Part shown: piece after piece, positions 15,287 through 27,326 of the stretch | Position numbering within the stretch: position 1 is the stretch's first letter | Layout: each line of letters opens with the position of its first letter | DNA from: the human T2T-CHM13v2.0 reference genome, Homo sapiens | NCBI RefSeq assembly: GCF_009914755.1 | Contig: NC_060934.1 | Length of the DNA stretch: 64,000 bases | Direction: 5' to 3' (one strand) | Notes under the pieces: model-generated | Database searches by the model: none | Told to the model about the DNA's origin: nothing | The model's input: the letters and a program-made list of their open reading frames with translations, nothing else | Program-made: the position numbers and the translations under genes

Positions 15287-16141
15287 TGCCGCAGGCTGCC
15301 CTGCTGGGTGACAGGGCGGCCTGCAGAGGTGGAATGCGCTCTCTGACCCCACAGCCCGCAGGGCCCCAGTTGAGCTCCCAGAGGGCTGCCCGCATCTGTC
15401 CCTGTATCTCACGGCGCCCCTCAGGAAGCCCAAGGCAGTGTTCCTGGCATAGATGCGGGGAACCCTCAAGGGTGGGTGCAGTACCTCAGCCTTCCAGGCC
15501 CAGGTGCCCCAAGGGCTGGCCTCCTGCAGGGACAATGCTGAGCTGGAGGTCCACACGGCAGGCAGAGGGGTGGCTGGTGTAGCTAAGCCTCCCCAGGAAC
15601 AAGGAGCCGGGCCTGCTTTCACCTGCTGCTCTCTTTCCTGACAGCTGTGGGAGATGAGTGAGCCGGAGCAGGGCTAGCAGCAAAGGGAAGGCTGCATCAG
15701 CCCCCAGCCCAGCCTCTGTGTGGCCTCTGCACGTGCACGCGCACACTACACACACACACACACACAAACACACACCTTGGCAGATGTATCCCTAGAACGT
15801 GGCAGAGACTCAGGCTGGAGCCACTTGGTGCAGGGACTCACAACCTCCAAACTCCAGATGCCACCGCTGCTAGGAGCTTATGTCGACTGAGCTTGGACCA
15901 ATGCTGGTCACAGGATCTTGGACCATGTTCTTGCCTGTTGTACCTCAGAGAAGATCCTTCCCATTCCCTTTCTCCTGTACCCGAGGAAAACCCTAGCCTG
16001 CACTTCCCGTCGGGCTTCCTGCTGGGAGCACCTCCAGCCCCCCATTACCCAGCAACAACTTCTCCACGGCCACCCAGGGACACATGTGAACAGGTGATGG
16101 AGGCCAGCATGGATTCCCACCCAGCCCCCATGCATGCCTGC

Positions 16142-16449
16142 TCCTAGGGGTTAGACCCCTGCTTTCCGGAAACTTTCTCTTCCTCGGATATTTGGCAAAC
16201 TGCCCACCGTGCTTTGAAGTCTTCATCTTATAGATTCTCAGGATCCAGGCACGATGCTATCTGTGCAGTTCAAACACAGCTGCATTTTGCCTTTATTTCT
16301 CAGAGCTTAATATACATGAAGCACCAAGCTAGACCATTAGTACTAACTTTACCATTAATGGAAGAGATGGCATGATTCCCACTCTCTCTCAGGTGGTATG
16401 TGGGAAGGTTCGGGGAGGCGTGGCCGACAAATGGACCTGAAATATTAAG
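16142..16449 (+). repeat. Local direct duplication, copy 2
   Basis: CAGGATCCAGGCACGATGCTATCTGTGCAGTTCAAACACAGCTGCATTTTGC here versus CAGGATCCAGGCATGATGCTGTCTGTGCAGTTCAAGCACAGGTGCATTTTGC in copy 1. Confidence 0.85.
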
Positions 16450-17112
16450 AGGACAGCACAAGAAAGAGTGTGGCCTGGTGTCCACCATGCTCTTTGGAAG
16501 CTCAGTGCCATGGAAGGAGGGGAGGGCCCTTCAGGGCCACGGTGCAGGGAAGTCTGAAAGATTTGAAGGAGGGAGCAACATGGTCCTATGTCAGGAGCTG
16601 GTATTAATGCCAGAAATCAAGAGTGTTCTTGATTTAGGAAAAGGAGTACATGGAATTGCCCGGATCACAACGGAGAGGGAGGAGAAGGGAGCTGGCCGTG
16701 TCCCCGTCATCACCAGCTGTCATTGGAGGGCAGCTTCCGAGCCCCACTGGTGTCTCAGCTGGGGATGGCAGAAAGCACCCTGCAAGAAGCTGCCAAGCTC
16801 TGTCGTTCCTTATGAACCAATTAAACATGATTAAGATTGTGTTCTCATTACCTAAATAATTCATTAACATTTTCAGTAGGAAATTTAGAAAATATAAGTG
16901 AGTGAGAATAAAACAGAAATCACGTGTTTTCTCACCCACGGAGACACTGCATCCTTCTAGTCTTTTTTCTACACATAAACATATTTTTGTTAAATTATAA
17001 TTTGTCAAACGAGGGTATTGATTCAGGGAAAGTTAATATTAGATAGTGCTGTTGCTGTCCATGTTCAAAGGTGGTCTAGTGACAATGATGACTCTTTGGA
17101 CTGAAAAGAGTC

Positions 17113-17421
<309 letters not shown>

Positions 17422-17717
17422 TCACCCTGCAGGAACAATGGCCATTATCTGTCACACGGCTTTTGGACTTACCATTTGCCTGGATGTCTTTGTGTGAAGA
17501 AAGCCAAGTCCCCTACCCACCACCTCCTCATCCCCCACACAATCATCTCCATGCAGTTTCACCTTCGTCTTCCAATACCGCACATCTGTGACACGCTGCG
17601 AGCAGTGCTGCACAGAAGCATATTTTAAAAGCTTCCTATAACTTCCCCGCCTCTTGTTTCTTTGGTTCAAGAACAGTTGACCCATGGGGCAGGAAAGTAT
17701 ATAAAAATATCCCTATG

Positions 17718-18006
17718 GGCTGGGCACGGTGCCTCACGCCTATAATGCCAGCATTTTGGGAGGCCAAGGCGGGAGGATCACCTGAGGTCAGGAGTTCAAG
17801 ACCAGCCTGGCCAACATGGTGAATCTCCATCTCTCCTAAAAATACAAAAATTAACCGAGTGTGGTGGTGCATGCCTGTAATCTCAGCTGCTTGGGAGGCT
17901 GAGGCAGAAGAATCACTGGAAGCCGGGAGGAAGAGGTTTCAGTGAGTCAAGATCATGCCATTGCACTCCAGCCTGGGTGACAAGAGCAAAACTCCAACTC
18001 AAAAAA
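17718..18006 (+). mobile_element. Alu (AluS)
   Basis: Full length; TSD ATAAAAATATCCCT. Confidence 0.96.
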
Positions 18007-19234
18007 TAAAAATATCCCTGTGCACCCAGAGGGGGCCCCGATCTCAGGGAAAGGTTGATCTTGGGAGAGGCAGGGCATAGATTAAAAACAATTGTCTAAT
18101 GCACGATTAAATACGTTCATGGGCTTGCACAGTGTAAGAGCTCAAGAGAGACTTAGAAATAACAGAGTACCTCCCTCCCTCTGCCTTGCAGACAGGGAAA
18201 GTGGTTCCAAAAACAGGCTTTCGAAGCCCCAACATGTTTGTTTCTGAGCCCTCACATGGCTTCTTAGCAGTCTTTGGGCTTTCTAGCTCAGGTGCATACA
18301 CATCAGACACATTTTCATTGAGCTCACAGGAAATCACTGCAGCTCACACAGCTTCCTCAAAAAGGCAAAAATCACCGGGAGAAAGTCACAAGGTTTAAGA
18401 ACTTTCTCAGCCCCAAAGGGTTAATGGAGGCTGGCAATGCAGCATGATCCCACCCGGGCTTGGACAGGAAAAGAACTCAGGAGCTGTTTTTCTTCTCCGA
18501 AAGCCAATCCCAGTGGAGGCACTGGGGTTTTTAAAACCAAATGTCTCTACAGCTTGAAATGAACGACTGCGTGACCTCAGCCGTCACACACACATGGCCC
18601 CTGCTGTTAAACCCTGAGCAGGGCTGGGCTCAGGGCATCCCGTAAATATTCGACGTCTGTGAGGCACATGTGGGAGGAAGAGCTGCCATCAGAAGTGGTT
18701 TCAGCTGGAAGGCCAGAGTCTCTCTCTCTCTCTCTGTGTCTGTCTGTCTCTGAAAGTTACCGTCATCTGTTAGCAATTTCCCCACTCCCATTAAAGCCAG
18801 ACACTGGATCCATTTGCGTTGCTGCAGACCACCATAAGGGATTCATTTTTATTGCTTGGATGTGAGTCTCTGAACCACATCAATTACAGCCCTTTGTGTT
18901 ACCGACCAGGTAGTATGAATGAGACGATGACAATCTTACTGCAGAATGGTTCACAGATTGTACCGAGATGGAATTCTCCGTTCACTGAGAGCAGAGGAGG
19001 GAAAAAAATCTAGATTCTAGGCTACAGAGACAATTCAACTCCCACAAAATGTGAGTGCCTTATCAGTCTCAGCAAAACCTCACTCCTGCAGGTGTGGACA
19101 GTTGGGACCTGAAACTCAAGTGGAAGGAGTGATTTCCAAAGCTACAGAAACAAACATAACATGATTGTCATTACTAGCAATCATGCATGAAAAATTGAGT
19201 CATTAACCCTGTGGAGATATTTCTAAAACACACA

Positions 19235-19403
19235 TTGGACCCAGACTGGAGAACTGAGTTTCCTGCTGCTTCTTCCATGAATTTGTGCCGTGACTCTGGG
19301 AACGTCATGCAGATGGAGCCTCAGTTTCCTCTTCTGTCCAGTGAAGGGCTGAAGGGTTTAGATGATCTGAATTTCCCTCCATCTCTAGCTCTCTAGGACT
19401 CTA
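19235..19403 (+). mobile_element. MIR/MIR3 fragment
   Basis: GAGCCTCAGTTTCCTCTTCTGT...TTAGATGATCT...CCCTCCATCTCTA. Confidence 0.6.
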
Positions 19404-20562
19404 GGCACCTTTATAAAGTGGGGAAATAGAATCATCAGGATAAACTCTTGCAGAAATCATCATACTGGGGCAGTGAGGAGAGGTGAACCATGCTGAGCAC
19501 TGCACAAAACATTTCGGACAGAAAGTCCTGTGCCTCCCCCAGCTTTCCGTCTAAGACAAGCATGCATGCAATAGCAAGAATCCCTAGGCACAGGACTGAA
19601 CCAGGACTCCCGGCCACAAAAGCTGCCATGGGAAGCTATAGCTTCTCCAGCTCCTCAGTGGCACCGTTCAGCCCTCAAGGCAGACTCTCACCAGGAGAAG
19701 AGCCAGGGTGGCTACGCTGTGGGAGCAGGGGACCCTAAAAGTGCATGGAGAGCGGCCTTCACCCTTGCAGGAAATGCCTGAGCCTCCCAGATGGGCCTGA
19801 CCTGGCCCGAAGATACCACCCCTCTTAGAGGGGCCTCACCAGCTGACAGATCCATCATATCCCGGCAAAAAGGGGAGTCTGGAACCAGGACTTCACCCAC
19901 TGTCTTCTCTCTTGCTCTCTTTTGTTTTCTGCAAGTGATGGATGGACGTACTTTGAAGGAAGTTCAGCCTGATAAGTCATTTCCTCCCCCGAAGGCATCT
20001 GACTCACCTCTAATTCACCTCCCATGAGGCTGCTCAGGACAGACAATGTGGATTTTTTCCTGAGTTGTAATATACTGTGGCTTCTTCACTCAAGCCCCCA
20101 CAAGTAGCTTTGCCTGTGCAGGAAACCCAGGCTGGGGCCCTCGGGGCTTGCCGTCATCCTGCTTTTCTGCAACATATCCACCCATCTCCCGTTTCCACTC
20201 CAGGAGAACAGAAGGGTGACGCTGCCCAGACTCACAAGAGCTCGGGGTCCAGCTGTGGGGTGCAGCCAGGACCCAATGCCATGTCTGATCCCCACACGGG
20301 AGACCACCAGCCTGCTTCGCAAAGGAGTTCAAAGGAAGCAAGCACCAGCCAGGCGAGACACTCATCCAGCTGTGAGCATCACGGCCTAAAGGCAACATGC
20401 AGGGGCTCTTTCCCATTTTTAATGGAATCTTAACTGTCCACCAACCACGTCTTCCAGATTTACCCACAAGGCTTGACAGCGTCAGAGGAAAGAAAGGAGA
20501 TTCTCCCATCCCGTGCTCTTCTTTCTCTCTGCTGGGCGGTTGTGTGTACAGAGCGCAGGCCA

Positions 20563-20671
20563 CCACACACACACACACACACACACACACGCATACACAC
20601 ATACACGCACACGCATGCACATACACACATACACACATGCACATACACACATACACACACATACACACATG
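20563..20671. repeat. (CA)n/(CATA)n microsatellite
   Basis: Direct reading. Confidence 0.95.
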
Positions 20672-21184
20672 CAGAGTGCAGTTCGTAGTGGCCATGCATG
20701 AGCAGCCCCATCCAGGTGGGCAAAGGGAGTGATGATGAGCAGCCTGGGCCCGAGCTGTGGTCAAGACAGCCCTGCCCCATCGGTTTCAGCCACCCGGAGC
20801 GGCCGCCCCACCCGCCTCCTGCAAAGAGGTGAGCTGCCCCTGCCCACTGCTGCTCCAGCTCACACCCGTCATCCGTGAGCCATTACTGACTACCTACAGG
20901 GTGCGCCCGCCGTGGTCTGCATGTCCCACAGAAATTACCCAGGGCTGGCCCAGCGGCTCCCAGCAGACGGCCAGGCATGTGCTCCCAGGGGCACTGGTCC
21001 TAGACAGATGAGGACACATAGGGACTGACACCCCTGAAAACGCCTGGGGCAGCAGGCGAGTCACCAGGAGGAGGACTCAGGAGCCGGAAAGGAAGGGCCC
21101 ATCCCTGGAAGCGTCTGAGCAGAGGCTGGGCAGTCCCAGCAGGGCAGTGTCAGAGGGGACTGGAGGCTCCAAAGCTCTGCTGAT

Positions 21185-21341
21185 GCTGAGACCCTATGAG
21201 GCTGTGTCCCACCAAATGAGCCTGCTGAGCTCACAGGCCTGCGTCCCACCAACCGGGAGTGCTGGTCCCACAAGGCTTCATTCCACCAATGGGGCCTGCT
21301 GAGACCCCATGAGGCTGTGTCCCTTCAACTGGGCCTGCTGA
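21185..21341. repeat. Degenerate 37-39 bp minisatellite, 4 units
   Basis: Units start GCTG at 21185, 21224, 21261 and 21298; units 1 and 4 are nearly identical. Confidence 0.75.
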
Positions 21342-21879
21342 CGAGTGAGCTAGAAGTGGATTTCCTGGAAATGAAATCCATGCCATGACCTGAGAAAGGA
21401 GAGTGGCTGAGGAGAGGGCAGCAGGGGATGCCCCCCTCATGGGGGGATGCTCCCCACCCCTCCCTTTAGTACTGAGGGACCCCAGCAGCTGCAGAAGACC
21501 AGGGACCAGGGGCCGCTGTCATGGCCTGTGTTGAAATGTGAATGCCTCAGGTTTCCTCTCCCTGAATTTTCCCCTTTCCTCTTCCCTGTTTACCTTTCTG
21601 CCTCAATATCCCTGAGTACAAATCGCAAGGACACCAACAGCGGCTTCAGTGGGTCCTTGTGTGAGCCAGGCACATGTACTATTATCTCATTTAATCCTGA
21701 GGGAGGCGTGAGGCAGGCCGGGGCAGAAACAGCCTGCACATTTTTCTAGCTTTTGGTTCTAAAACCCCAAGCCCCTGGGAGAAAGGGGAAGGTGGAGTGG
21801 GCAGAGAGGGCTTGAAGAAGCTTGAGGGGAGAAGGATCTCCCCAACAAGAGATTAATCAGGCCTGATAGGAAGCAGCCA

Positions 21880-22545
21880 AGGGAGAGGTAGAAACAACAA
21901 CAGAGGGAAAGAGAGAGAAGGAGAGAGAGAGAAGAATGAGAGAAAGAGAACGAGAGAACAAGAGAGAGAGGAGAGAGAAAATGAGAGAAAAGGAGAACAA
22001 GAGAGAGGAGAGAGAGAGAAGAACGAGAGAGACAGAACGAGGGAGAGAATCAGAGAGAAAGAGAACAAGAGAGAGAACGAGGGAGAGGAAAGCAAGAATA
22101 AGAGTGAGAAGAGAGAGCAAGAACACAAGAGAGAGAAGCAGAGAGAGAGAGAAGAACGAGAGAATGAGAGAGACAGAATGAGAGAGAACAAGAGAGAAAG
22201 CGAGAGAGAGGAGAGAGAATGAGAGAGAGAGAAAGAACGAGAGGAGAGAATGAGATAGAGATGAGAGAGTGAGAATGCAAGAGAGAGAGGAGAGAGAGAG
22301 AAGAACGAGAGAGAGAGAACAAGAGAGAGGAGAGAATGAGAGTGAGATGAGAGAGTGAGAATGTAAGAGAGAGGAGAGAGAAGAACGAGAGAGAGAGAAC
22401 AAGAGAGAGGAGAGAGAGAACAAGAGAAAGAAGAAGGAGAGAGAACAAGAGAGAGACAGGAGAGAAAGAACAAGACAGAGAGAACAAGAGGAGAGAGAAA
22501 GAGAACAAGAGAGAACGAGAGAGAATGAGACGGGAGAGAGAGAAC
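21880..22545. repeat. GA-rich polypurine low-complexity tract
   Basis: About 660 bp of (GA)n with AACA/AACG/AATG interruptions. Confidence 0.96.
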
Positions 22546-23039
22546 ATGCACCCTGGGGAACTGTGCCCATGTTCTCAGCTCCTCTGAGGGACAGAGCTGA
22601 ACTCTGGAGAGGGCAGATGGACCCCCCCACCTCCTTCACCTCCTGCCCGGGAAGCCAGAGTGCCATGAGACCAGGCCTCGGAGTCTCAGCTGCCCCCGTG
22701 CACACAGAGCATAAAGGCCCCACAAGGAAATGAGGGCCCTGAGACCCCCAAGGTTACCCCACAGTCTTTGGGTGGAGAAAGCCGGGGAAGGACTGACTGG
22801 AATTTCCCAGGACCCTGCCACCCGGACCTGCACTCAGATGTCAAGTTACTACAGGAAAATAAAGTGTGCTCTATTTCTTCTGCAACTGAGTTTTTGGACC
22901 AGCATTTACATATGCGACATTTGTTTTTAAATTCCCAGCTTAACACCTGGTAGTTCCTCAATGCATGTTTATCGAACGACTGCGTGGGCCAGAGTCAAAA
23001 AGAGTGCTGCCGGAGAGGCAACAGAAACATACGATTGGC

Positions 23040-23520
23040 CAGTGGTTCTCAAAGTGTCACCGAGGAACAGCTGAAGGGTTCCAGATCCTTTCATAATAAT
23101 CCTAAGACACTAATTGACTTCTTCATTCTCATTCTCTCACAGTGAAGTTTCCAGAAGCTACATGACACGCGGTTCAATTCCGATTGAATGCGGAAGGAGA
23201 TATGACAACCTCAACGTCCTCTATTAAGCCATACATTAAAAGGACTTGCAAGATGTAAAATAATGCCCTTCTTTTCACTGAATTCTTTTGTCTTGAAAAA
23301 ATATAATTATTTCCTATAAGAATATTTGATGTTGGTGTGCAACAGGTTTATTAATCGACTGATAGATTAATACATGCATATTTTTTAAGTTTCTCAGCTG
23401 TAATTGTTAATGCAACATACATTGATAGATGCGGCCATATAAACAAGAGCTCCTCGGGAGCCTCAGTGGTTTTTCAGAGTACAAAGTGAGTCCTGAGACT
23501 ACCTTGTTTGAGGATCACTG
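23040..23520 (+). mobile_element. hAT-Charlie non-autonomous DNA transposon (Charlie4a/MER80-like)
   Basis: TIRs CAGTGGTTCTCAAA ... TTTGAGGATCACTG; internal CCAGAAGCTACATGAC and CTATTAAGCCATACATTAAA. Confidence 0.8.
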
Positions 23521-24011
23521 TAATAAACAAAGAGCAGTGCAGGGGCGAGCTGAAGGGGACAGTGGCTTTGTCGCTGACTGTTTGACCTTGAACAGGCTGT
23601 TTGACCTTGAGTAGGCTGTTTGACCTCTGGCCTCATCTACCAGTGGAAGATGCTGAGCAAACGGGTCCCAAGTCCCCTCCACCTTTAACCACCTGTAACT
23701 CTTGGTTCTTTCACAGCAGAGGCAGAGACTGGGAGCTCAAAAGGCCAAAGGGGCCCTCCCCGAAAGCCTGGCTCCCTGGAGCACACCGTGAGAATGCCAC
23801 AGCATTGGTCTGCTGGCGACAAATAACTGCCCTGAGACCTGGGGTCCGAGCACTTCTCCCAGGGCCCGGAGGAGAGGGGTGATGTCAGCGCCCTGCAGCC
23901 GGCGGCATTCCTGGGCGCACAGGTCTGTGGGTGATTGCTCAGGAATCCGCCATCCATTCATGCCTCCAGAAATGTCACCTCTAATCCATGCCTGAGCACA
24001 GAGTGTTTGCC

Positions 24012-24037
24012 TGTGTGTGTGTGTGTGTGTGTGTGTG
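24012..24037. repeat. (TG)n microsatellite
   Basis: Direct reading. Confidence 0.95.
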
Positions 24038-24774
24038 CACCACACTCCATCAAATGCAAGAAGTAATCCAATTTAGGCTCTTACGTCCTTTCAGGGAAGA
24101 CTCACAGAGAAACAAAGCTCCGAGCCCTGTGTTTCGGGAAGTCACCCCTGTGATGTGGCCTCAGCAAGCAGAAATTTGAAGGAGCAGGTGGGGGTGTGAG
24201 ACCCAGCAGTGATGGTGCCCTTCCCGCCTCCTGGCCAGAGGCCCTCCTGCCCATCCCTCCCGGAGCCCACGCTGTCCTCCGTGGGGCTATTGGAAACCTA
24301 CTCTGAAACTGTTATAAATACTCAATAATAAACAAACATGAGTTATTTCTGAAATGTTCCCAGGAATAGCCAACTGCCCAAATAGCCAAGGTTGTTCTTC
24401 AAGTCCTGGGAAAAATAGAAATGTGGGTATGGTTTATTTTTCCTTTGCTCAAAGCAGGATCCTTGGTCACACACATCTAATTTTAGTTTTCTGTTTCTAT
24501 TTTGTATGTTATCATTGTGTAGCCCCGGGAAAGAGAGAAGAGAGGGGTGGGAGAGAGACTGGGGAAGAATGAGGGGGAGAGAGAGAGAATGAGCATGAAG
24601 GGAAGACGGGAGGAATATTCTGGTCTTCAGCTCTTGCTCCTGTGATAACATTTGGAAAAACAACAGTGTAGTCTTCAATATTTCCTTGGCCCTGCTGGAA
24701 GTGAATTTTAGAGACCTAAGATGGTGGGTGAGCCATAGAGAAATGTTATAAATTTCCAAGTCTCCTCAAAATCA

Positions 24775-25187
<413 letters not shown>

Positions 25188-25967
25188 ACTAAAAAGACCC
25201 TTTCACAAGGTCACCTGGACACCGGAAATGCCTCTGTTTCCCACATGCTGCTATGGAGGAGAACAAGCAATAGACAGCCCCGATAAATCCCCACCAGTGA
25301 GCTGCACTCAGGGCTGGCCCACTCTGACCACTTCCTCCCTTGGCTATTAGGACTCAACCAAATCGGCACGTTTAGCGAGTAGTTGCTGAGATGCCAGACA
25401 GCGCTCAGAACTGGGTGCATGCGCTGAGGCTGGCAAAGCTATCCTCCTGCTTGGGAAAGACTAGCAAAGCAGAGTTCTGCCCTGGGACTCTAGAGGGGAG
25501 CCCCTTGCAGCTGGCATTCCCCTGACCAGGCCCTCACTTGCCAGGATGGGACCCAGGAGTCCTAACACCAGCCAGGCTTTGCACCCCCTGCCCGTAACAC
25601 TGGTCTGGAATCCTCAAAGCAGCCACAGAAGCCCCTGAGCCCCCTTCATTTGTTCCTAATCTGCCTTCTCCAGACCCCACCTTCACCCAATTTGGAGCAT
25701 GTGGCTCTCTCCCCGACTGCAGTCGGCGGTGCCACTGTGTGGATTTGATGTTGGCTTTTGGCCTACCTGGTGTCAGCTTTTCCCAGAAGATCACACTGGG
25801 CTTGAGTTCCATTTCTCAATGCACTCTGCTAATTCAACCCTGGCCAAATGAGCTTTCAACACCACAGCCGCCCTGGAAGAATGCAGTGCACACATCAGCA
25901 CTCTGCTTTAAGCTCCAATGTGCTATTCCTGCTGCAGCCTCAACGCAGACACGGGGTGGGCAAGTAG

Positions 25968-26187
25968 CCCATCTGACGAGGGGTCCACAGGAAGTCCATC
26001 ACCCTCCCAGGCCCACCTGACAAGGGGCCCACAGGAAGTCCATCACCCTCCCAGGCCCACTTGATGAGGGGACCACAGGAAGTCCATTACCCTCCCAGGC
26101 ACATCTGAAGAGGGGCCCACAGGAAGTCCACCACCTTCCTGAGTCCACCTGATAAGGAGCCCACAGGAATCCCATCACCTTCCCAGG
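25968..26187 (+). repeat. 44-bp minisatellite, 5 units
   Basis: Units at 25968, 26012, 26056, 26100 and 26144; consensus about CCCACCTGANGAGGGGCCCACAGGAAGTCCATCACCCTCCCAGG. Confidence 0.95.
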
Positions 26188-26435
26188 TGCTCTTAGCATG
26201 TGGGCGTAGTCCTAACATCTGCAAGCATCCTGAGGGGGAAAAATAAATGAAGCTCAAGGAAGAGAAAAACCATTTCATGCCTTACCCAAGGCCTTTCTCC
26301 AGAGCTGTTCTCATGAACGACACAACCCTAATCACAGCTAACATGAAAGGCCGGGAAGCCAGAGTGCCATGAGACCAGGCTAAGTCTGTGTGGCGACCGC
26401 ACACTCATGCCAACAGTGTCACAACAAGATCCATC

Positions 26436-26560
26436 TCACGCCTGTAATCCCAGCACTTTGGGAGGCCAAGGCAGGAGGACTGCTTGAGGCCAGGAGTTCG
26501 TGACCAGCCTAGGCAACTTAGTGAGTCCTCATCTCTATTTTAAAATAAATAAATATTTTT
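26436..26560 (+). mobile_element. 5'-truncated Alu left monomer (FLAM-like)
   Basis: Single arm with A-rich tail; TSD AAG(A/C)TCCATCT. Confidence 0.85.
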
Positions 26561-26962
26561 GTAAAAAGCTCCATCTTATCTGTTGGCATGGCCAGCCCTT
26601 ACACTCCCAAAAGGACTCCGAGGTCCCTGTCTAACTTGACCTCAATTCCTACTTTTTCCCTCGTGCACAAAATAGGATGAAAGGTAAAGATCTCCCTCCT
26701 GAATTAATGGTGTGAGAAACAATTAAAAAACAATGATTTCATGGCTTTCATGATCTATAAGTTGCCTTAGAAGTGTTTTAAGAAGCGCAGGAGCTTCTCC
26801 CAACCTAGCAAACAGCAGACTCCAAGACCACTGGAGGCCTTCCCTGTTGAAGACTGGCGCCTCAGAAGACATGGCTTCTCTTTTCTAAATAGCTGGGTCA
26901 AGAATTTGGTTAGGTTAAAACAAAACAAGAACCAAAACCAAAAAGGAACAAACCTTCCCAAG

Positions 26963-27326
26963 TGTCTTAGTCAGTTCAGGCTGCTATAAAAAGAACCGCT
27001 GACTGGGTGACCTACAAACAACAGACATGTCTCTCCTCTGAGTTCTGCAGGCTGGCAGTTCTGAGATCCGGGCGCCTGCACCGTCAGATTCTGCTGCAGG
27101 CTGGCTTCTTGGTTGCAGACGGGCAGGCTTCCTGCTGTGTCCTCAATCGGAGGAAAGAGATCATCTCTCTTGTGTCTCTTTCATGAGGGCACTAATCCCA
27201 TTCGTTGGGGCTCCACCCTCATGACCTCATCACCTTCCAAAGGTCTGACCTCCTAACACCATCTTCACGCGGGTGAGGATTTCAACGTGGGAATCTGGGG
27301 GAGACACAAACACTCAGTTCCTAGCA
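26963..27326 (-). mobile_element. MaLR solo LTR (MLT1A-like)
   Basis: TGTCTTAGTCAGTTCAGGCTGCTATAA...CTAGCA; 5-bp TSD CCAAG/CCAGG. Confidence 0.88.

Noticed and set aside
21853-22723. 232-288 aa Ser/Leu-rich ORFs that look transmembrane
   Set aside because: Translation of the (TC)n strand of the GA tract.
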